The translations under genes were made by a program, and so were the position numbers. Below, piece after piece: positions 50,538 to 63,300 of a stretch of 64,000 nucleotides of DNA (within the stretch, counting starts at the first letter, position 1; each line of letters begins with the position of its first letter). The notes under the pieces are model-generated. The model saw only the letters and a program-made list of their open reading frames with translations, was not told the origin of the DNA and did no database searches. This DNA is from Vezdaea acicularis (Eukaryota), in assembly GCA_026025075.1 (NCBI GenBank), contig JAPEUI010000054.1, positions 1 through 64,000 of the forward strand, written 5' to 3'.

Positions 50538-51946
50538 ATGATAGACACTGCAATGGAGGGTACTCCGGTGCCTGACGAAGCTGCTACGAATGCTGAGAGC
50601 GAGCCAAACGGAGATGGTGATGGCCCAGGCGAGGAGGTTGACGAAACCGAAGAGAATACCGCTGCCGCCATGGAGATCGACGAGGCAGAAGCAATCAAAA
50701 AGAAGTCTGCTATGGAGTCGCTGGGTTTCATCGAAAGAGATTTCGCAACGTTTAGAGACAGGTACTTGAACTTACTTTACCAAAATCAGGGCATTCTGAC
50801 CAGCTAACTGCGCTGGTACCTTAGGTTGTTCGATGATCGCCTGTCCCAACTGTCCAGTGAGATGGCGCTCTTAGAAGAGCATAATACGACACACACAGAT
50901 CTACTAGCAATGATCCAGTCTATTGACGCGCGGCGGGATGAGAAGATAGCGCATGAGCAGTTCCTCGTTCGCTTCCAAACTCAAGCACTTGAGAAGGTAG
51001 CAGGCGCTGACCGCAGCCAAATCTTCTCTCAATTCTTTCAAGGCGTTCGCAGTATACGGGAAGAAAAGTTGGAAGAAGTCGGCGAACAGTGGTACAAAAT
51101 ACAGCAGGACCGTAGGAAGACCGAAGGTGGTGTGACAGGTATGTCTAATGCTTTGTCAAATCACCCATTGCATTCGAGAGCATCGGCTAAATTCTCACCG
51201 TTCTAGATTTTGCGTATCAATTCTCTTCTCGAAAGTCTCAGCAAATTGCCCAACAGACTGCGTACAACCTCGAAGTCTCAATCCTTGCAGGGGTAGCAAA
51301 ATATGTCGGCTTTCCAGCTGCCCCTATAATTGAAGGGGCTCGTCCTTCTGAGCTGGAAGAAGATCTTCAGAACATGGGCGTATGTCTCCCTATCCTCTTG
51401 AGCAAAGCTTCTTCTTACTCGTGTTTCTCCAAGATCAAACCCCACATACGAGCCCTAACCAACCATCGTCACTCTGGCGCATTTCATACAACAGTGCCGG
51501 TTACTGGGGCTCAAAGAGCCAAGCCTGCTGAGGAGCAATTTCTAGAGCAGACGCCTTGGGCAAATCCACAACATCCGATCCACCAGCATCTTCAGCATGC
51601 ACAACGACAGGCAGGTCGCGCCGGCAGCCCACTATCCAGGAATGCAACGGCTGCTGCGCAAATTGGTCCAGTTCCAGGTCGATTCTCGCCCAATGGTTCT
51701 GCGCAAATATATATCCCTGGAACAAGCTTACCTGGTAAAGCAGGAAGAGATCTTGGTGTTGGCGCAGAGAAGTCACGATCCCCTCTCTCAGGTATGACAG
51801 TTGATAAGCACGGTCCCACAGCGGCTCTATCAACTGGCGGCGATGATAGCACCATAAATAATAAGGCTTCAGCTGCTAGCCCGCTCGTAATACCACCTTC
51901 GCAGCCATCTGTCAGCGCTGGCATTAGCACTGGGAGATTTGCATAA
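50538..51946 (+). CDS. DEP1: Sds3-like Rpd3L histone deacetylase complex subunit Dep1, 4 exons; start uncertain
   Basis: AMESLGFIERDFATFRD|RLFDDRL, QWYKIQQDRR, QTAYNLEVSILAGVAKYVGFPAAP and EEQFLEQTPWANPQHP. Confidence 0.85.
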
Positions 51947-52357
51947 AGTACCCCCAACTTCCTTGAATCAAGATTCCGACCATCAACAAGCATTAATTGG
52001 AGTAAATGGCTGGAGGCACCAACATGGGAGCATAATGAAATTTTCGGAGTTTTTGGAGGGTTACTGGGATACTAATCGATCATCGCGTTGGTAACATCGG
52101 GCAGACTTCTCGAAGGATAACGGGTTTCTGAAGGGGATTCAATGCTGTACATGTACAAGCTATAAGCCATTTACCTAGGGAGGCTTGTATCTTCTTATAG
52201 CTGGGAAGCTTGCTTTACTTTATAGAGCCAAGTATAGAACCTATGTAAATGTACTATTCCGATGCAGCATGCCTTAGACTCCATGTTAATACCAAATGTG
52301 CAATACGATGAGACCATATGCTTTGCCGCCGCAACCGACCCTGCCCCGACCTATGCA

Positions 52358-52723
52358 CTATCTGCTTGCTGGTACATTTGCATGTTCCACATTCGGAGTC
52401 TTCAGGGGTTGTATTGGTGCATCTGGTACATGGACGTCTTCGAAATCATCCTGCGCGACAGCTTTGATCGTGAATGCATCTTGCGTAATCAATAATCAGC
52501 TCTCCTCCAATAACAAGAAGACGTGCAGCTTACAAACGCCAATTGCAAAGCCAAATATAGCAGTTCCTGTCAGGACATTCTTGATGAGATATGGCCGTCG
52601 CGCCCGAATTAACGCCGCAGATTGCCGATAATGCTTGTCGTAGTATGAGGACCTTGGAATACTAGTTCGACGTCAGTTTGTTGCACAATAAGGTGATAAA
52701 TGATTCTTTACTCACACTGGCAT
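52358..52723 (-). CDS. COA3: Cytochrome c oxidase assembly factor 3; exons 52723-52716, 52661-52534, 52479-52358 (not in the ORF track)
   Basis: Spliced product MPVIPRSSYYDKHYRQSAALIRARRPYLIKNVLTGTAIFGFAIGVYAFTIKAVAQDDFEDVHVPDAP... carries the Coa3 signature. Confidence 0.9.
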
Positions 52724-53050
52724 GACTGCTTTGACACAACTGGACCGAGGTTTAGATATGTCAGGTGTGAAAGCACATTTATTACAATGGCGCAGATAAT
52801 GCGGACAAAGCCGCTCGGCTAAAGGTTAATCAAATAGCTTCAGGAACTTGAATCTCTACGGTTAGTCTCGAAACGTTAGAAATTTTCAACAATACCTTCA
52901 TCCTCTCCCGGTATTACATGTTGTATGCATGACAAGCTGTATACGCTTTCAGAGGAAATGCGTGTGTTCGGCCACGAAGTGCTCCCGTGATCTGAAAGCA
53001 ATTGCCTGCATGAAGCATCTACGGATATCCTCGACGCGCTTAATACAACA

Positions 53051-55749
53051 ATGACGACTTCCTCCAATGACCACGATTTCATTGCAAATACACTTAAGCA
53101 ACTCAATGCAGCGCGAAAGCTAGTCTTACAAGACTCCAGTATCGCCCTTCAAGTCGTGCAAGGCGTTCTACCAATCGTCGGACCATCTGCTGGCTTAGAA
53201 CTGCGACGATGGGGTGCCGACTTCATAGCAGAGACTCTTGCCAGTCCAAGACTCCCAAGGCGACAAAAGCAAGAGCTATCTCTGGTTGTTTTGGAAACTT
53301 TGCAACAAATGGCTCAGACTCCAGCACAAGATGCGGGTGTCCTCAAGAGCGTGATTCAAGCTAGCGCAAGCGTTTATCCTCTTGTGATAGGTTACCTGTA
53401 GGTCCAACCTTATACCTCCTTTACACCCTAATTTGTGCAGTTCATTTGAACCTTCAGTTGGGCCCTTGGATCTTTAGCAAGCAAATATATTCTTTGAATT
53501 GTTTCTCACTCGTAGCCTGTTCCATTATACAGTCTTGACAACACCAACGAGAGCGCGATATGGGGAAGGATGGCATCTATCAAATCTTCCATACTACGCA
53601 TGTGGAGTGATGCTGCGATCGGAACACGAGTGGCTTGTATTAAGTTTGTCCAAAATGTAGTCATGGTGCAGACCACTGGGGCTATTCCGGATCCAAGGGT
53701 AAGTCATCCCTAGATAGGCTAGTAGCCCTCTATTTGTGAGAATTATACTCACTTTCGTCCAGAATCTTGAATCCTATGATCTGTCCTTAGCTTTGGTGCC
53801 TCGCGACCACCCTCTAATCCCTTCACCTAATTTAGAAGCTGAAGCGTCTGGGCTTCTCGATCGAATGCTCGACGTGTTTGATAATGAGCAATCTAGGTGA
53901 GGTGCACCGTCGAAACATATAAGGTCAATGTGCTAATAATCAAAGCGATGCCCTCCTAGTTGATGCTACGCTCAACTCATTGGCGCCCTTGATCCGAAAT
54001 CGGCCACTAATAGCACATAAGATCGTCAACAGAGTCTTAAACTTCAATCCCCTCCGCCAAGCTAGCCATGGTATGACGTCGAAGGCAAGAGTGATTGCCC
54101 GATCGATGGAACGCACTACACGGGCGTTGCTTGTAAACATAAGCAAGCAGTATGTATTCACAGTATATATAAGCATGCCTCCGACTTACAATTGTGAAGG
54201 AATCCTCATCACCCCCTGACAGGCCGAATCCAGCATTACATTGAACGTCTTGCGCAAACAAAGGCTGAAGTCTTCGAGGAGAGCAACAACCGAAAACGCG
54301 GTGCTCCTACAGACCATTCGGGTGCCCAAGAGCAAGCTAAGAGAGCCAGGCTTGAAGAGACCTCCGCTACTCCTTCAAGTCGCATTCGCATACCACCACT
54401 GCCACAAGGGTCACCAAGCGTTGCACAACTGTTCACGCTGACTAAGGACGAATCGCTAACATCTTTCGATGTTCAACAGCTGCCAATAGAAATGGTGGTG
54501 AATATCCTTCTGCCCGTCATCTTTAAAATTGATCAGCCATTACTCAATGATGCTATAAACGTGAGAATTTTCCACCAACTGAAAACTAGTTTCGCTAATT
54601 ATTAATAGGGGATCAGGGCTCGTTGGCTTTCCTTACAGAAGTCCGTTGACCCACTACCGGCTGAAGTTGCCTCGGGGGTTACCGGCGTAGATGACGAAGA
54701 TGATGATTATGACCCCGACTTCATGCATGCTGAGGATACCGAGCAGATCTTGAACAAGCTCGACAGTGCCCCCCCAAGCGGTTTCAAGAATGAAGTTGAC
54801 GCTGGCCTTGGCACCTTCGATGTACCACAGCCCGCATTAATTAGCGGGATCGAAGCAATTGAATACGGCGAGATTGTTACTGGTAGACTTTTCCTTCGTG
54901 TGCAATCTTCGGGCCCATCTGTATTTTCAAAGGCACCCACGATTGGACTCAATCGGCTCGCGGGAACTAATCACGAAGGGGAGATATGGCGAACTGCTCT
55001 AGGACGTATTGCCACCCGTTCAGGGGGGGGGCGCGTGGATGGTCCTGCTAATTTCATCAAAAAAGAGGAGCAAAATCAGGCTGCCATGGTTAAGGGCCGC
55101 TCGCTGAGCAATAACATTCGAGAATATTTTTTCGCTTACGTACTAGAAGATTTCCGCACCCGCCTTGTCGACGGCATTAGTTGGCTCACTGAGGAATACT
55201 ACAATGACCGCGTTCAGGAGAATGAGGGTCAACCATCGCCAAGGAACTACGAATATTGGGTTTCTAAGGTCTTAACCGGCATCCTTTCTTACATAGACAC
55301 TCGTGATCGAAATTTTTTAATTCGATTCTTCTCTGAGATTCCAAAAATTGATGAGTCACTACTAGACAAGATCAAGGTCTTGGCTCGAAACCCAGAGCTT
55401 GTGGACCTTGTAGTAAAGGCTTTACAGTAAGTTTGATGAATACTTATGTACATTCTTACCCTTGATGATGCAACTGCTGATACATAATAATCGGCAGCTA
55501 CTTAGTACTCTTGAGACCCCCAGCACATGAAATGGCTCTCGATGCACTCGAGGACTTGTGGAGAAATTGTACGTTGCCCAACGAACCTTTCCCACTGATC
55601 AAGACACTTTGCTAATAGACAACGCTATAGATGATGGCGCTAGGAACTCGGTTGGAAAGCTGCTTCAAAAATATCGGCCAACCCTGTTCAACGACAGCTT
55701 GCTTAACGGTCCAACTCATACTACGAGTGATCTTGCGATGGCCTCATAA
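53051..55749 (+). CDS. PTA1: Cleavage and polyadenylation factor subunit Pta1 (symplekin family), 8 exons
   Basis: QLNAARKLVL, ELRRWGADF, ACIKFVQNVVMVQT, LEAEASGLLDRML, RSMERTTRALL, EDFRTR...ISWLTEEYYNDR and LIRFFSEIP. Confidence 0.93.
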
Positions 55750-56565
55750 CGCCGCATTCCCACAGTCAGCTTTCTTGCATAGACTCCACTCTAGCCGAGT
55801 AGCTAAATTTTGAAGAGATCGCTAGTACGTGTGGCTCTTAGAAGTCCTCTGCATTGTTTTGCATCTTGCATAGAGACGGCGTTTCGTGTAAGCATCACTT
55901 TCTCAGAAAGGTGAACCTAGCTCTAGCCGTGTATTAGGAAGCGAATTGTCTTTTTCTGTCGAAACCGAGTCTCCTATCACTGCCTGACCGTTACATGGCG
56001 TAAAGCTGGACCATCGGTCGGTATAAGGGGTGTCGAGATACCTCTTGCTGTAGGATACATGTAACATGAAAATCATACAAATGCTATAAGAATCTTAGTT
56101 CAAAAATATGCACTATCTTAAATGTACCAAAAATGTAGCTCTATAAATATGCGATAAGCCAGCGCAATCGCACCAATGCCCAAGCTGTCACGGTTGGAAG
56201 GATCGATAAGCCAGGCAAGTTTCCCTGCGATTAGGGGGAGAAAGACACCCTGTCGCTTCCGACTTTTAACCCCACACGCTAAGGGGAGTCGACGCACTTC
56301 GTCATCCGACTTTTGGCACGTAACAACAAGCAAGAGATCTTTGAATTAAAGCCCTGCGAACCAAGCCGCTTCTCCTCTTGAATGATAGCGCTTTAGGTAG
56401 GCACGGATGTGTCGTCGCTTGGTGCTACACCTCGATTGCTTCCCAGTGGTAGGCAGTCGCCCTCATGCTCTCGTTAGTAACACTTCAACCAACAACCTCG
56501 TCAACGTCGTCCAGACAACCTTCCCCACGCCGCAACGATCTGGACTTGACGGATGAGAAAGTATC

Positions 56566-57893
56566 ATGAAGCTATTTACTCGACACTCCCAGAAGCCCGG
56601 ACACAGGTTACACCCTGAGCTCTTAGAAGTAAGAGCCGTTAGGGTCGTAGAGAGAGAGTCTCACGCAGGTAAGCACTCTTCTCGCGTTGGTTCTTGCGAT
56701 AGCCGCCTGCTCTACCTTCCTGCCCCGGCACGTTGTGTACTCTTCTAGGACTTCTGGTGAATTCACCAATATCTATTTGCACAGCAACTTGATTTTGCTG
56801 ACTGGGCTTTTCCGGTTTACTTATAGACGCGCCAAAGCTCGAAAATTTCGACGAGCTTTTCTCTCCAATGATGACCGGCGTAAATGGATTTAGTCCTATG
56901 GACCATGAGCCTCAAATGACACCTACAAAGCAAAATGGAAAATCTCCCGTCAATGGACCCCAAATCAGACAAAGCTCGCCATTGCAAACTAAGGGACTTG
57001 ATTACACAGACGGCCTCACGACGTCTTTATCACAAGAATCGCCTCTCGCATCACCCCTTTCGCCAGCGCCTTCGAATCCAGACGCGTCACAACTCGACGC
57101 GCACTTATCACCATGGTCATCCGCCGTCGGTCGAGCCCAAACTGGAAAGTCTGGCCGCGTGATAGAAAAGTTAATGGCCGAGAACGATCGCTTAAGACGA
57201 GAACTGAAGCTTGAAACGATCCGTCGCGAAGAGGAGCAAAAGAGAGGGGAGAATGCGAGAGGGAAGATGGAATCGTTACAGGCGACTAATGACAGCCTTA
57301 TTCAAATGCGGGACGTGGATAAAACTGCCTTGGCAAGACGAGATAGGAAATTAGAAGAGTTAAAGTCGGAGCTAGAGACCGAACGCGTGAAAAGGCATGA
57401 GGCCGAGTCAGAGTTAAGAGTTGTACAAAGAGACACCGAGTCCTCAATACAAGAAATGCGAAGAGAGTTGAAGAAAGCTGTGGAGACTTCAAAGAAAGCG
57501 ACCACACAATACGAAGTTCTCTCATCGTCATGGCGGCATCTTGACGAAGGCTATCGGAGGAAGACCGAGAGATTAAAGAATGAATTCGCTTCTCTAAAGC
57601 AGGAAAGAAAAGAAGACAGTGAGCATCTAGAGAGGTTAGAGGTGACCGTAGAGCAGCAGCGCCAAGAGTTTGATAAAATGAGGCAAGCAAAAGACGGCGT
57701 AGTCAAAGAGTTTGAGTCGTACAAGACCAAGTCTGAAGAGAGCACGAGCGATATGAGGGAGCGGGCGGAGAGGAATGAGAAGGCTAACAACAAGGCACTC
57801 GAGGAGACGCAACAAGTTTTGGGTCAGATGAGGCATATCATCAACGTCAAGAAGTTTGTTAAAGTCGCAGACATTGACGGAGAGAAGCCGTAG
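56566..57893 (+). CDS. Coiled-coil protein of the filamentous-fungal She3-like family; exons 56566-56668 and 56827-57893; first exon tentative
   Basis: WSSAVGRA..GKSGRVIEKLMAENDRLRREL followed by long heptad repeats. Intron GTAAGC...GCTGAC...TAG keeps frame. Confidence 0.75.
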
Positions 57894-58710
57894 ATTGTCA
57901 TGAGGGTTTTATGTTGTTTGCTGTAGAAATAGTGCAAACACTGCAGTAACATACAACAGATATTGACAGGAGTTTTGAAGGCCTTCATTACTCGTACTGT
58001 CTCCTGTTACAGACGTGCAAAGCGCTCTATCATCCATTTGTGGTGCAACAACGCACCACATTATTATCGGTTCCTCAGCATTACTGAAAGCGTTAACATA
58101 AGATGGTGTTTGGATCTAGCATTCGAGGGAGCTTCTGGTCTGGCGTCATATTTGCTTTCACGTATTGAACTATTTGTCATGGCTCATTTCATCCGTATTC
58201 GTAGCAATATCCAATGTAACGATACTTGTCGCACGATAAGTACGACGGGATAAGCACGAATGATCATATTCCCTCATGACGCCCCTCAAGTCGAAAACTA
58301 GTCGAAATGCTTCTATGCGTTACGACTTGGTCCATACACCCGATTGATCATTTTGTCAGCAAGGCCGAAAAAAGCCTAGAGTGCAGTAGCGAAGTTTCAT
58401 TGCGTGCTACAGTTTTTCTCTCCACCGAGGCCGGAACGGCCCAGGTATAAAGCTTGCGTCATGACCTGAGCAGAGCGGACTTCTAGTTGCATGTAGAATA
58501 AGCTCAACTTCTGTAGCAATCAAGAACACTTGCATCTTCCGTACAGGTCCTGGCGCAACCACGCATCACCCCTCCGCGCCTGCCTGAGCGGTTTTCCATC
58601 TTTGTTTCAGTGTCATTCATTCCTTCTTGCCCCCCCCGCTTTAGAAGATCTTGCCCTTAGGCAGATTTAAACTTAGCTGCAGCGAGATTCCTCTCCGTGC
58701 CACTGCTACC

Positions 58711-60116
58711 ATGGCACATTTCGATAAGGCAATTGACACCCCTCCACGCGCACCCTCACCAGTACATAACTTTGGCACATTAGCAGTCCACGCTGGCTCT
58801 CCTCATGATTCAGTCACCGGGGCTGTTATAGAGCCTGTGGGTGAACTACTATAATTCTCACAGGGGATTCTGCTTAACGGCATAGATATCTTTGTCTACA
58901 ACTTTCGCGCAGACTGGCGTAGGCAAGCCAATCGGGGCATACGAATATGTCAGGAGCTCAAATCCCAATCGGTCCGTTACATAACCTCTGTCAAGACAAA
59001 ACACATTCAAAAAAAGCTGACCTTTTCACAGTGACAACTTCCAAGCCGCAGTAGCCGCTCTAGAGCATGCCCGCTTTGCATTAGCTTTCTCTTCTGGATC
59101 GGCAACTACAGCCACTATACTCCAATCCCTTGCTGCGGGTTCCCACGTTGTATCCGTCTCAGACGTCTACGGAGGGACCCACAGATACTTTACAAAAGTG
59201 GCCGCAGCACATGGAGTTCAAGTAACTTTCTCCCCAAGTATTGAGCTAGACATTGCTGGCATGATCCGAGAGAATGAAACGAAATTGATATGGATTGAGA
59301 GCCCAAGTAATCCTACGCTAAGCCTGGTGGACATCCGAGCTGTCGCATCCGTGGCGCATCAGCATGGTATTATGGTAGTTGTTGACAATACATTCTTGAG
59401 TCCGTATATTCAGAATCCATTGGACCACGGAGCCGACATTGTCATTCACTCGGTCACCAAATATATAAATGGGCATTCGGTAAGTGGCCTTGGGTCCTCA
59501 TGATAGTTCATCCGCTTATCCTTTCTAGGATGTTCTGATGGGCGTTGCAGCTTTCAACTCTGAAAAGCTTAACGAGCGCCTTACCTTTTTGCAAAACGCC
59601 ATTGGCGCCGTACCCTCGCCCTTTGACTGCTGGCTAGCACATAGAGGGCTCAAAACTCTCCACCTCCGCGCTCGAGAAGCCTCCACAAATGCTACTAGAA
59701 TTGCAGAGGCTTTGGAGGTGTCTCCTCATATCTTAGCTGTCAACTACCCAGGCCTAGATTCTCATCGTCATCGACATATCGCTTTAAAGCAACATCGAAA
59801 TGGTATGGGAGGTGGTATGCTCTCTTTCCGTATCAAGGGAGGCAAACAAGCCGCGGAGCGGTTTTGTCAAGCTACGAAGATCTTTACGCTAGCAGAAAGT
59901 TTAGGGGGGGTGGAAAGTTTATGTGAGGTTCCTAGCAGCATGACGCACGTCGGGATTCCTCGAGAGCAGCGGGAAGCCGCAGGTGTTTGGGATGATCTTG
60001 TTAGGATAAGCTGCGGAATTGAGGATGCGGAGGATTTGAAAAATGATGTGATGGCGGCTATTGAGCGGGCTGTGGTCGCCGGAAAAATAAACGGACTGAA
60101 CGGATTTACTCATTAG
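58711..60116 (+). CDS. CYS3: Cystathionine gamma-lyase, 4 exons
   Basis: FGTLAVHAG, YEYVRSSNPNR, DVYGGT, WIESPSNP, VVDNTF, the PLP lysine motif SVTKYINGHS|D and LAESLGGVESL. Confidence 0.95.
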
Positions 60117-60457
60117 AAAGGATTGTCGTCATTGCGTAGCATAGGAGTCTTAGACTTTTGGACCCGTCTTAGAATCTTACAGAATATACTTAGATTTCTT
60201 TCCCTAAACGTTCCTTGTACGAAAGCGTAATCGCATACAGGGATTCGCTCATTTTCCATTAGCCCCGAATTGGGTCTCAATAAGCTTTGGATGCAGATCA
60301 TCGACAAAGGAAGCGTAGGCGAGTACATGGATCTTAAAGCTACACACGGCGGCTCTGGAGATCAACTCCTAAGGTACGCTTCTTCAGCGATAAATGCAAA
60401 TCGCCGAAGGAGTCCGGCATTAATACAGAGCCATGCGCTGAGCAGCTCATTTTGGAA

Positions 60458-63217
60458 ATGTCCAGCAATCCATATCGCGACTCCGAGGAGACGCAGCCTT
60501 TGGCTAAGGAAGCCGGTAGTAGCTCGTCAAGGCGAGATTCTACTGAGAGTGCGTCGTCAGCGTCAACAACATCACTAATTTTCGAGCGAATCGAAGACAG
60601 AGTAGAACGCCAGGGTGAAGCTCGGAGACATGCACAAACCAAAAGGGAGAATGTCCGCGCTCTGGAGGAGGAGGATGAAAGTAAAGAAGATAGGTTCGAC
60701 GTCGACCTGGAAGATCGACTTCTGATACCGCTTACAGAGCAGCCGCCACAGAAAAGGGTACGGCGGCTACTGTGGATATTATGCTCGTGTTTCGTTGGAG
60801 CTTGGGTGCTTACACTGGTCCTGTATCTCTCAAGAGAAGCGTATAAACACTCATCTTCTATCCCACATGACCCGGCCGCGACATCATCACGGGGATCGGG
60901 AAAGCAAGTCACAATGGACCAGATAATGAATGGGGTTTGGAGAGCCAAAACGCATTCAATCTCGTGGATAGAGGGTGCTGGTGGGGAAGATGGTCTACTA
61001 CTAGAACAAGGCACGCCTGGGAAGGACTGGTTAGTCGTTGAGGACATCAGAAGCAAGTCCGCTAAGACGCAAGCGGAAGCACAAGATGGCAAGACGTTGA
61101 TGAAGGAGTCAACCTTCAAAGTGGGTCAGGAATTAGTAACGCCTGACCTAGTCTGGCCGAGTAGAGACTTGAAGCATGTGCTTGTCCTGTCAAACAAGGA
61201 GAAGAATTGGAGACATTCATACATCGGCAAGTACTGGATCTTCGATGTTACTACCCAGACCGGTCAAGCACTCGACCCGGATGACCTCGAGGGTAGGATA
61301 CAGCTTGCCTCCTGGTCTCCCAAATCTGATGCTGTGGTATTCACAAGAGGCAACAATATGTTCCTCCGAACGCTTACATCGAGCAAAGTCATACAAATAA
61401 CTGAGGACGGTGGACCGGAGCTCTTCTATGGAGTGCCAGACTGGGTGTTTGAAGAAGAAGTCTTCCAGGGTAACAGCGCAACTTGGTGGGCGGATGACGG
61501 AAAATTTATCGCATTTCTCAGGACCAACGAGTCGCAGGTTCATGATTTCCCCATTGAGTACTTCCTCTCAAGGCCGAGCGGTGAAAGGCCCTCTCCTGGT
61601 GAAGAAAGCTATCCTGATACCGTGAAGTTGAAGTATCCCAAAGCGGGCGCTCCGAATCCGACAGTGGATCTCCAGTTCTACGATGTCGACAAGCAGCAAG
61701 TATTCTCGGTCTCAATTGCAAGAGACTTCCCAAATCTAAATCGGCTGATTACTGAAGTCCTGTGGGCTGGATCCACAGGAAAGGTCCTGGTGAGGGAAAC
61801 GAACAGGGAAAGTGATATCCTGCGTATAATACTCATTGATGTCCAAAATCGCTCTGGAGAGGTTGTACGTGAAGTCGATGTGAATAAGCTGGATGGGGGT
61901 TGGTTGGAAGTGACTCAAGATACGACATATATTCCTGCGGATCCGGCCAACGGTCGCTCAGATGATGGTTACATTGATACCATCATTCACGACGGATACG
62001 ATCACCTAGGCTATTTCACGCCTCTTAATAGCAAGGAACCGGTGCTGCTAACCTCCGGGGACTGGGAGGTCGTCGACGCTCCATCCGTCATCGACCTTAA
62101 GAATAATCTCGTGTACTTCCATGCCACGAAGCAGTCTTCCATCCAAAGACACGTGTACAGCGTCAAGATAGATGGAACGGGTCTGAAACAAATCACGGAC
62201 TCCGGTAAAGATGGATATTATGATGCCTCCTTCTCAAAGGGGGCTGGCTATGCTCTCCTTTCATATCAAGGCCCGTCCATTCCTTGGCAAGAAGTCATCA
62301 ATACTCCGTCAAATCCAACGGCCTATAGTCACACCATCGAAGAGAATCCCTCTCTCAAAGCCATGGCCGCTAGCCACGAGCTCCCCATCAATATCTACAG
62401 CACCGTCACTATCGACGGCTATGAGCTCAACGTCGTCGAGCGCCGCCCACCGCACTTCAGCGAGAAGAAAACATACCCGGTCCTCTTCCACTTATACGGT
62501 GGCCCTGCAAGCCAGACAGTTAACAAGAGATGGAATGTCGATTTTCAGGCATTCGTGGCAGCTAATCTTGGCTACATCGTCGTCACCGTGGACGGCCGTG
62601 GCACTGGCTTTATTGGCCGTGAAGCACGTTGCATCATCCGCGGCAACCTCGGCTATTACGAGGCTATAGACCAAATAGAGACTGCCAAAATCTGGGCTGC
62701 AAAGCCATATGTTGATCCAGAACGGATAGCGATTTGGGGATGGAGTTATGGTGGTTTCATGACGCTAAAAACACTAGAAACTGATGCAGGGAATACCTTC
62801 AAATATGGCATGGCTGTTGCCCCTGTAACAGACTGGCGCTTTTATGACAGCATATATACTGAAAGATATATGCATACACCACAACATAACCCCTCCGGGT
62901 ACAGGAACTCAACCATTTCGTCGACGGATGGTCTACGCGCTAATGTGCGCTTCTTGATCATGCACGGCGCGTCGGATGACAACGTTCATCTACAGAATAC
63001 ACTCACTCTACTGGACAAGCTGGATTTAGCAGCGGTTGAGAACTATGACGTTCATTTCTTCCCAGATAGCGATCATAGCATTTTTTTTCATAACGCGAAC
63101 CGGATGGTGTATGACAGGCTAAAAGACTGGCTGGTCAACGCATTCAATGGCGAATGGTTGAGGATAGAGGAACCAGTGCCTAACGTCAGAGCGAGGGGTC
63201 TTCCTTTAGGCGCTTAG
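60458..63217 (+). CDS. DAP2: Dipeptidyl aminopeptidase B (S9B, type II membrane protein), intronless
   Basis: N-terminal cytosolic tail and TM helix, PDWVFEEEV, and the catalytic triad GWSYGG / DDNVH / DSDH. Confidence 0.95.
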   Translation: MSSNPYRDSEETQPLAKEAGSSSSRRDSTESASSASTTSLIFERIEDRVERQGEARRHAQTKRENVRALEEEDESKEDRFDVDLEDRLLIPLTEQPPQKRVRRLLWILCSCFVGAWVLTLVLYLSREAYKHSSSIPHDPAATSSRGSGKQVTMDQIMNGVWRAKTHSISWIEGAGGEDGLLLEQGTPGKDWLVVEDIRSKSAKTQAEAQDGKTLMKESTFKVGQELVTPDLVWPSRDLKHVLVLSNKEKNWRHSYIGKYWIFDVTTQTGQALDPDDLEGRIQLASWSPKSDAVVFTRGNNMFLRTLTSSKVIQITEDGGPELFYGVPDWVFEEEVFQGNSATWWADDGKFIAFLRTNESQVHDFPIEYFLSRPSGERPSPGEESYPDTVKLKYPKAGAPNPTVDLQFYDVDKQQVFSVSIARDFPNLNRLITEVLWAGSTGKVLVRETNRESDILRIILIDVQNRSGEVVREVDVNKLDGGWLEVTQDTTYIPADPANGRSDDGYIDTIIHDGYDHLGYFTPLNSKEPVLLTSGDWEVVDAPSVIDLKNNLVYFHATKQSSIQRHVYSVKIDGTGLKQITDSGKDGYYDASFSKGAGYALLSYQGPSIPWQEVINTPSNPTAYSHTIEENPSLKAMAASHELPINIYSTVTIDGYELNVVERRPPHFSEKKTYPVLFHLYGGPASQTVNKRWNVDFQAFVAANLGYIVVTVDGRGTGFIGREARCIIRGNLGYYEAIDQIETAKIWAAKPYVDPERIAIWGWSYGGFMTLKTLETDAGNTFKYGMAVAPVTDWRFYDSIYTERYMHTPQHNPSGYRNSTISSTDGLRANVRFLIMHGASDDNVHLQNTLTLLDKLDLAAVENYDVHFFPDSDHSIFFHNANRMVYDRLKDWLVNAFNGEWLRIEEPVPNVRARGLPLGA

Positions 63218-63300
63218 TGTTTTGACGAACATTTGTACTATAGATATTCGATTCTAGAGAGATATCCAAATAGGTCTGCCGAATGTAGGTGTGACTTCTG

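Noticed and set aside
56749..56756. 8-nt micro-exon in the She3-like gene
   Set aside because: Including it breaks the frame, whereas the single intron 56669-56826 keeps it.
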